A stretch of 64,000 bases of DNA from a virus. Positions 58,156-64,000 of this stretch are shown one piece after another. Location of the stretch: the IMG/VR virus record IMGVR_UViG_3300036790_000218, positions 7,850 through 71,849 of that record, one strand, 5' to 3'. The position numbers and the translations under genes are program-made. The notes under the pieces were generated by a model. It was given only the letters and a program-made list of their open reading frames with translations, did no database searches and was not told the origin of the DNA. Position 1 is the first letter of the stretch. Each line of letters starts with the position of its first letter.

Positions 58156-59451
58156 GTGGTCGCGCTGTACCCGGTCCAGGAACGCGAACTGTACGTCGTC
58201 GAAGAGGCAGTGCCCGGCACCGTGCCCGCGTCGGCGCCCGGCGTCGCCGTCCCGTTCACGTCGCTGAAGCCGTCGAACAAGCCCACGTGGCTCGACGACG
58301 ACTCGTTCCAAGGCAGCATGGGCGACACCTACGGCGTCTACCAGGGACCGCTGATCGGCGCGTTCGACATCGGCGGCAACGTCTTCGGCGACACCCTCCC
58401 CTACTTCCTGCTCAACATCCTCGGCGACTACACCGCCACCGGCACCACCGCGAGCCCGACCGCCACCACCTCGGCCTCCATCGCGGCCGGGGCGACCGCG
58501 ATCCCCGTCGCCTCCGGCGGCACGTCGTTCACCTCCGGCATGTGGATCGAGCTGGTCGACACCGGCACCCCGCCCGCCCCCGAGATCGTCGAAGTCGGAA
58601 CCGGGTCGACAGGCACGTCGATCGTGCTCAACGCGGCCACCCCGACCCGGTTCGCGCACGCCACCGCGATGACGGTGAACAACACCACCGCCCCCTACGT
58701 GCACGCCTTCTCCCTCCTCAACGGCCTCACCGGCGCCCCCTACGCCGGGCAGGCCGCGCAGCCGAAAACGCTGTGCATCACCGACCGGACCGGCATCCCC
58801 GCCACCGGCCTCGCCGACCAGTACGCCTACAGCTGCCTGTCCGAGCTCACCATCACCGGCAACGCCGAAAAGCTGCTGGTGTGGTCGGGGAAGGCGGTGT
58901 GCTACTCGCGGCAGATCCCCGGCACCCCTGTGGGCACCCCCAACGTCTCCAGCGTGCAGACCTACCCGTCATGGCGGTCGACCACCGGCATCGGCGGCCC
59001 GGTCAGCACCAACCAGGTGAAGAACGTGGCCGAGTGGGCGGTCACCATCACCCGCGCGGTCAAGGCGATCAATACCAATGCCGGTGCGCAGACCCCGTTC
59101 GTCATCGGCCGCGGCAAGGCCGGTGTCACGGGCAAGAACACGTTCTCCCCGTCGATCGACGACACCGCGCTGACCAACCTGCTCGGCAACGTGCAGCCGC
59201 AGATCCAGTACATCGCGGGCAACGGCCTGACCGGGACGAACCTGATCCAGGTGCAGATCGACGTCGGCGTGGGCGCCTACCTGACCTCCGACATCAACGA
59301 CTCCAGCGAGCTGTTCGGGTACGACACGACGTTCAAGGCGCCGCACACCGCGGCCAGCTTCACCGGCCCGCAGGGCGGCGTGCTGTACGGCGCGTCCGGC
59401 GGCAAGTCCTGCATCAAGATCGCGGTCACCAACGCAGTCCCGTCCTACTGA
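58156..59451 (+). CDS. Major tail protein (module 2) with inserted domain
   Basis: Upstream of the chaperones; tube-like composition, ends NAVPSY. Confidence 0.65.
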   Translation: MVALYPVQERELYVVEEAVPGTVPASAPGVAVPFTSLKPSNKPTWLDDDSFQGSMGDTYGVYQGPLIGAFDIGGNVFGDTLPYFLLNILGDYTATGTTASPTATTSASIAAGATAIPVASGGTSFTSGMWIELVDTGTPPAPEIVEVGTGSTGTSIVLNAATPTRFAHATAMTVNNTTAPYVHAFSLLNGLTGAPYAGQAAQPKTLCITDRTGIPATGLADQYAYSCLSELTITGNAEKLLVWSGKAVCYSRQIPGTPVGTPNVSSVQTYPSWRSTTGIGGPVSTNQVKNVAEWAVTITRAVKAINTNAGAQTPFVIGRGKAGVTGKNTFSPSIDDTALTNLLGNVQPQIQYIAGNGLTGTNLIQVQIDVGVGAYLTSDINDSSELFGYDTTFKAPHTAASFTGPQGGVLYGASGGKSCIKIAVTNAVPSY

Positions 59452-59462
59452 GGAGACCCCTT

Positions 59463-60040
59463 ATGCGTCATGACCTGGAATCCGGGGCGTGGGTCGAGAT
59501 GCCCCCGCTGCAAGACCTGAAAGGCAAGGACCGGGACCGGTTCGAGCTCGCGATCCGCCACCAGCTGCCCGTCACCGAGGACGGCGAGTTCAACGCGATC
59601 CGGGGCGCGGCCGAGCGGCTGAACATCCGCGATGTGCGCCGCAACGCCGCCCTCGCCTGCTTCGTCACCGCCTGGTCGTTCGAGGCCGCTGACGGCACGC
59701 CGCTGCCAGTGCCCGGCCTCGACGACCTCGGCAAGATCGCCCGCCCCGAGGTGATCGGCGACTACCCGCTCGCCGACGAGGACCAGCTCGAGGAACTCCT
59801 GGCCCCCTACCTGGCCAAGCTGCGCAGGCCGGACCCAAAAGAGACGACTTCATCCAGCTCGAACGGGCGGTCAAAGGCCAGGGCCGGCTCCCTGAAGGGC
59901 TGAGCGCCGCGGACTGGGAGGACATCCAGGTCATGCTCCGGTTCCCCACGCTCACACCGGACGTGAGGAAGGAACTCCCGGCCGGGGTGGCGATCTGGCT
60001 GCTGCCCGCCGCGCTGGCCTACGACCACGCACGACGCTAG
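59463..60040 (+). CDS. Tail assembly chaperones G (59463-59903) and GT via -1 frameshift at C CCA AAA (59834-59840)
   Basis: VTAWSF motif; -1 frame open PKRDDFIQL...YDHARR* to 60040. Confidence 0.75.
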
Positions 60041-60054
60041 GAAGGAGGAAGCCG

Positions 60055-60540
60055 GTGGCGCTGACTGTGGCCCAGCTGCCCGGCTACCTCCGCAAGATCG
60101 CTGACGAGCTGAGGGAACGCGCGCCGATCGAGGCGGCCCGGGCCATGGGCAACGCCTACATTCCCGTCGTCGTGAACTCGATGCGCGGCCCGGCGCCGTC
60201 ACCGCCGGGCACGCCCCCGGCCCGCCGGTCGGGGACGCTGGCCCGGTCGATCCGCCGCGGCCCCGGCCACTCGACGGGCCCCTACTCGTACACGGTGTTC
60301 GTCGCCCCGCACACGGTGTACGCCAGGATTCAGCAGCTCGGCGGGCACATCCGGCCCAAGCACACCACCGCGGGCGGCCGGCTGGGCTACCTGCGGTGGG
60401 AAGACAAAGGCGGCGTCCACTACAGCCAGCATGTCTACCTGCCGAAACGTCCGTACATGGTGATGTCGGAACAGGCGCGGACCGCATGCCACGACGCCGC
60501 GGCCGCCGCAGCGGCCAGCTTGTTCAAGGCCGCGGAGTGA
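60055..60540 (+). CDS. HK97 gp10-like protein
   Basis: PPARRSGTLARSI, VYARIQQLGG, LPKRPY. Confidence 0.6.
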   Translation: MALTVAQLPGYLRKIADELRERAPIEAARAMGNAYIPVVVNSMRGPAPSPPGTPPARRSGTLARSIRRGPGHSTGPYSYTVFVAPHTVYARIQQLGGHIRPKHTTAGGRLGYLRWEDKGGVHYSQHVYLPKRPYMVMSEQARTACHDAAAAAAASLFKAAE

Positions 60541-60546
60541 TGCCCG

Positions 60547-62973
60547 GTGGCTGACGAGCTGGAGCCGGTCAAGCAATCCTTCGAAGCTGACCTCGCTGAC
60601 TACATCGAGCCGATCAGCGCGGCCGGGGACGACACCGAGGAATTCGCCGCCACCGTCGAAGGGGCCAAGGAAGCGCTGTCCGGGTTCCGCGACGACGCCG
60701 CTGAGGCGGGGGCCGGGCTCGGCGACCTGGCCGCCAGCGAAGACGACGCCACCGTCTCCACCGAGGCGCTGGCCGAGTCGGTGGGCTCGCTGCGCGACAA
60801 GGTGTACGAGATGTACCCCGGCATCGACGAGGCCACCGCCGCGCTGCTCGCCGAAGCGTCGGCGGCCGAGGCGGCCGGGGTGGCGAACGACGAGTACGCC
60901 GCGTCGGCCGCCGCCGCGAACCGTGAAGCCGGCGGCTTGCACGACACGCTCGGGCAGTTGCGGAACCTGCTCGGCGACGCCGAGCTCGGCGAGTCCCTTG
61001 TCGTGGCCCGGACGGGGATGAACCAGTTCGCGATCGACGCGGAGAACGACGCGGATCGGGTGGCGAGCAGGCTTTCCCGGGTCCGGACCAGCGCGGGCCT
61101 GCTCGACGACGCGATGGAGAAGACAGCGCGGACCAGCGCTGATTTCTGGGAGGCCGTCAATGCGCTGAACCCGGCGCTGGCCGGCAGCGAGGACATCGCG
61201 GCCGGGGCGCGGACGGCGCTGCTCGGCATGGGCGCCTCGGAGATGGAGGCCGCGGCCGGGGCGGCGGCTCTGGCCAAGGCGCAGCGGGATGTGGACGAGG
61301 CGCTGAATGCCGCGGGCGGCGGGGGTGGCCTGCTGTCGGGCTTGTTCCAGTTTTTCGCCGGCGGCGGTGAGGGCGGCGCGTCGATCGCCGGGCTGCTCGG
61401 CAACGTCGCGTCCCTGGGCGCCGGGATGCTGGTCGCGGCCCCGGCGATCGGCGCCGTGGTGGTAGAGCTGGGTGCCCTGGTCGGCGGCCTGGTGGCGGCC
61501 GGGGCGGGGATCGGCGCGTTCGCCGTCCTGGCGTTCCCCACGTTCAGCAAGCTGGCGTCCAGCTACAAGAGCATCGCGACCGCGCAGGCGGCCTACAACG
61601 CCGCCGTCGCTTTGGAGGCCCGGGACCCGACCAAGTCCAACCTGACGGCTGAGGCCACCGCCCTGGCGAAGCTCAAAGACGCCTACGCCGCCGTCCCCGC
61701 CTACATCCGCCCGGCGCTGCACGACATCGAGGAGATCAAGGCCGAGTACCTGTCGATGGCGAAGGCGTTCGCGCCGGACGCGTTCAAGGTGCTGGACAAG
61801 GGCCTGGGGGCGGCGAAGGAGATTCTGCCGGAGCTGGAGCCTTTGGCGAAGTCGACGGCGGGCGCGCTGTCCACGATCCTGGGTGATCTTGATAAGGCGC
61901 TGGCGCCGGGTAAGGAGTCGGCGTGGGAGCGGATCGGTAACAAGATCGGCCCGGGGAAGATCACGGTGCCGGGCGGGTTCCAGCAGTTCACCGAGTTCCT
62001 GTCCAAGATCAGTCCCGGGGTGATCGAGGCGGTGGCGCTCGGGCTGGGCCGCCTGGGGTCGGCATTCTCAAAAGACATGGAATCGTTCTCGAAAAAGGAT
62101 TACATCAACGCGGTGAATATCGCGTTCGACATTCTTATCGGCACACTGAACCGGGTCACGTATTTCGCGCATAACGTCATGAACATGTGGGACGACCTGT
62201 CGGCGGCGTTCAAGAATACGAAGAACTGGCTGGATGACGCGAATACCGATTTCTCGAATCTGCGGACGTTCGTGTCGCTGATGGTCGCTGACCTGGTCGG
62301 CATCGTGATCGGCGACTGGAACAAGCTGTACCGGGAGACCCGGCAGTGGTGGACGACGATCGGCCACGCGGTGGAGAACGGGACGGACGCCGCGCGGGAG
62401 ACCGTGATCCGGGTAGGCCACGACATCGAATCGGACTGGGATCATTCCTGGTCGGCGGTGGTGAACTTCGCGCGCGGCGTGCCAGGCAAGATCAAGGGCG
62501 CGCTGGGGAACCTGGACGGCCTGCTGATCCATGCGGGCGAGTCGGTGATGGGCGGGTTCCTGCACGGAATCGAGTCCGGGTTCGACGACGTCAAGAACTT
62601 CGTGTCCGGCATCGGCGGGTGGATCGCCTCGCACAAGGGGCCGGTCGAGGCGGACGCGGTGCTGCTCCGCCCCCACGGCTACGCGATCATGCAAGGCCTG
62701 GTGCAGGGGATGCGGGACGGCATGCCGGAGCTGCGGGCGTTCCTCGGGCTGACCTCGTCGGCGATCACCGGGCTCGGCGGCGGCCCGGGCGGCGCGGGCC
62801 TCGGCGGCCGGGCGAATGTGACGGTGCCTTTGAGCCTGGTGTTCGGCGCGGGCACGGGCGGCCTGGCGAACGATCCGCGGCTGCTGCAAATGGTTCAGCA
62901 GGCGGTGCAGGAGGCGACGTTGCGGTACGGCAAGTTGAATCAGTCCAGCGGCCTGATCCTGCCCGGGCATTAG
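60547..62973 (+). CDS. Tape measure protein 2 (808 aa)
   Basis: Long Ala/Gly-rich helical protein with periodic Trp and HKGP. Confidence 0.85.
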   Translation: MADELEPVKQSFEADLADYIEPISAAGDDTEEFAATVEGAKEALSGFRDDAAEAGAGLGDLAASEDDATVSTEALAESVGSLRDKVYEMYPGIDEATAALLAEASAAEAAGVANDEYAASAAAANREAGGLHDTLGQLRNLLGDAELGESLVVARTGMNQFAIDAENDADRVASRLSRVRTSAGLLDDAMEKTARTSADFWEAVNALNPALAGSEDIAAGARTALLGMGASEMEAAAGAAALAKAQRDVDEALNAAGGGGGLLSGLFQFFAGGGEGGASIAGLLGNVASLGAGMLVAAPAIGAVVVELGALVGGLVAAGAGIGAFAVLAFPTFSKLASSYKSIATAQAAYNAAVALEARDPTKSNLTAEATALAKLKDAYAAVPAYIRPALHDIEEIKAEYLSMAKAFAPDAFKVLDKGLGAAKEILPELEPLAKSTAGALSTILGDLDKALAPGKESAWERIGNKIGPGKITVPGGFQQFTEFLSKISPGVIEAVALGLGRLGSAFSKDMESFSKKDYINAVNIAFDILIGTLNRVTYFAHNVMNMWDDLSAAFKNTKNWLDDANTDFSNLRTFVSLMVADLVGIVIGDWNKLYRETRQWWTTIGHAVENGTDAARETVIRVGHDIESDWDHSWSAVVNFARGVPGKIKGALGNLDGLLIHAGESVMGGFLHGIESGFDDVKNFVSGIGGWIASHKGPVEADAVLLRPHGYAIMQGLVQGMRDGMPELRAFLGLTSSAITGLGGGPGGAGLGGRANVTVPLSLVFGAGTGGLANDPRLLQMVQQAVQEATLRYGKLNQSSGLILPGH

Positions 62974-62983
62974 GGAGAAGCGG

Positions 62984-63517
62984 ATGAGCAGCACGGTGTG
63001 GACGTTCGGGCCGGGTGGCGAGTTCACCGCCACCTGGGACGGGTCGCTGACGGTCACGGTCACCTTGACGGCCGGCGGGGCGTTCCTGGGGTCGTTCGCC
63101 CCGGTCACCACCTACCAGGCGGCGCTGGCGGCGGTGGCCGGGTTCCTGCCGCCCGCGGCGGCACCGGCGCTGGCCCTGGTGGCCAGCACGGGCCCCGGCG
63201 GGTTCGCGTTGCAGAACGGGACGCCGAACATCCTGACGTGGACGCCGCCGGCTGACGGGCAGCTGCACCAGTTCCAGCTCTTCGGCGAGCTGATCGTCGC
63301 CTCGACGGCGACCGGCGGCGCGCTGTCGGTCGCCTTCACCGACCCGGGCGGCGCGGGGCGTACCCCGTCGGTGCTGGCGGGCAGTCAGGGGGCCGGGTTT
63401 CATGCGCTGACCGCGCAGCAGCTGACGTGTGAGGCGGGGCAGCAGGTGGCTTTGACGCAGTCGTCGGCGCTGACCGGCGGGGCGGCGACGCTGTGGGCGA
63501 CGCTGTGGGCCGCGTGA
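62984..63517 (+). CDS. Small tail-associated protein
   Basis: After tape measure; beta-rich. Confidence 0.5.
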   Translation: MSSTVWTFGPGGEFTATWDGSLTVTVTLTAGGAFLGSFAPVTTYQAALAAVAGFLPPAAAPALALVASTGPGGFALQNGTPNILTWTPPADGQLHQFQLFGELIVASTATGGALSVAFTDPGGAGRTPSVLAGSQGAGFHALTAQQLTCEAGQQVALTQSSALTGGAATLWATLWAA

Positions 63518-63518
63518 C

Positions 63519-64000
63519 ATGACCGTCCAGCCGTTCACGCCCGTCCCGGCGGGCCGGGCCTACGGCAAAGTCAACCCGGCCGCCGACATGAACCAGACGT
63601 CGTTCGAGCTGCTCGCGCTCGGCGGCAGCTGCAATGTCATGAACACGACCTATTCCGGCGGCGCCGACGCGACCGGTGCCAGCGACTCCGCGGCGGCGTT
63701 CAATGCCGCGGTCACCGCCTTGTCCGGCGGACCAGGCTACATCGACGTGCCCGCCGGGACATACAAGCTGGGTAGCACGGTCGGCCCGCTGACCACCGGC
63801 CAGTGGATCCGCTGCGCACCGGGCGTGCAATTCAGTTTCACCGGGACCGGGGACTGCTTCCGCTGGGTCGACACCAGCACCTACACCGCGCGCACGCTCA
63901 CCGGCGGCGGCCTGCTCGGCCGGCCGGTCATCGACGGCACCAGCGCAGGCGCCGGGTCGACAGGCCTGCACTTCGGCGACATCCTCGGATTCCAGTTCGA
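63519..64000 (+). CDS. Tail spike/fibre protein, homolog of 17050-18564 (runs off the window)
   Basis: GADATGASDS...VPAGTYKL..TVGPLTTGQW..C.PGV...GTGDCFRWVD, then identical to copy 1. Confidence 0.75.
   Translation, partial: MTVQPFTPVPAGRAYGKVNPAADMNQTSFELLALGGSCNVMNTTYSGGADATGASDSAAAFNAAVTALSGGPGYIDVPAGTYKLGSTVGPLTTGQWIRCAPGVQFSFTGTGDCFRWVDTSTYTARTLTGGGLLGRPVIDGTSAGAGSTGLHFGDILGFQF
63874..64000 (+). repeat. 127-bp exact direct repeat, copy 2 (window end)
   Basis: Identical to 17372-17498. Confidence 0.95.

Larger units (their letters stand above)
17372..63873. mobile_element. Temperate actinomycete siphovirus genome in excised (attP) configuration; closes into a 46,502-bp circle via the terminal 127-bp repeat
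   Basis: One terminase pair, portal, capsid, tail, tape measure, lysis, integrase/repressor/xis, replication genes and attP; 63874-64000 is identical to 17372-17498 and in frame. Confidence 0.7.

Overview
Very GC-rich actinomycete temperate phage DNA. About 17.4-64 kb reads as one siphovirus genome in its excised state: tail-tip and lysis genes (17-24.7 kb); a reverse-strand TraB (FtsK/SpoIIIE) transfer cassette of the actinomycete integrative conjugative element (AICE)/plasmid type, with clt-like 8-bp repeats and two GntR genes (24.9-30.2 kb); an intact attP built on the 3' half of tRNA-Lys(UUU) with arm repeats on both sides; tyrosine integrase, repressor and excisionase; recombination and replication genes with an iteron origin; then terminase, portal, MuF, protease, capsid, tail and tape-measure genes (45-64 kb). 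Positions 1-17.4 kb hold a second, different head-tail module (HK97-type capsid, tail tube, chaperones, tape measure, PhoD-fused protein). The last 127 bp of the window (63874-64000) are identical to 17372-17498 and in frame, so the two modules converge on the same tail-fibre gene. This is either a 46,502-bp circular phage with a second phage's arm joined by the assembler, or a real dual-morphogenesis element. Main leads: a phage carrying its own TraB conjugation/spreading module, the two converging virion modules, and a CCCAAAA -1 frameshift predicted to fuse portal to MuF. All product calls come from motifs and gene order read by eye; no database search was run.
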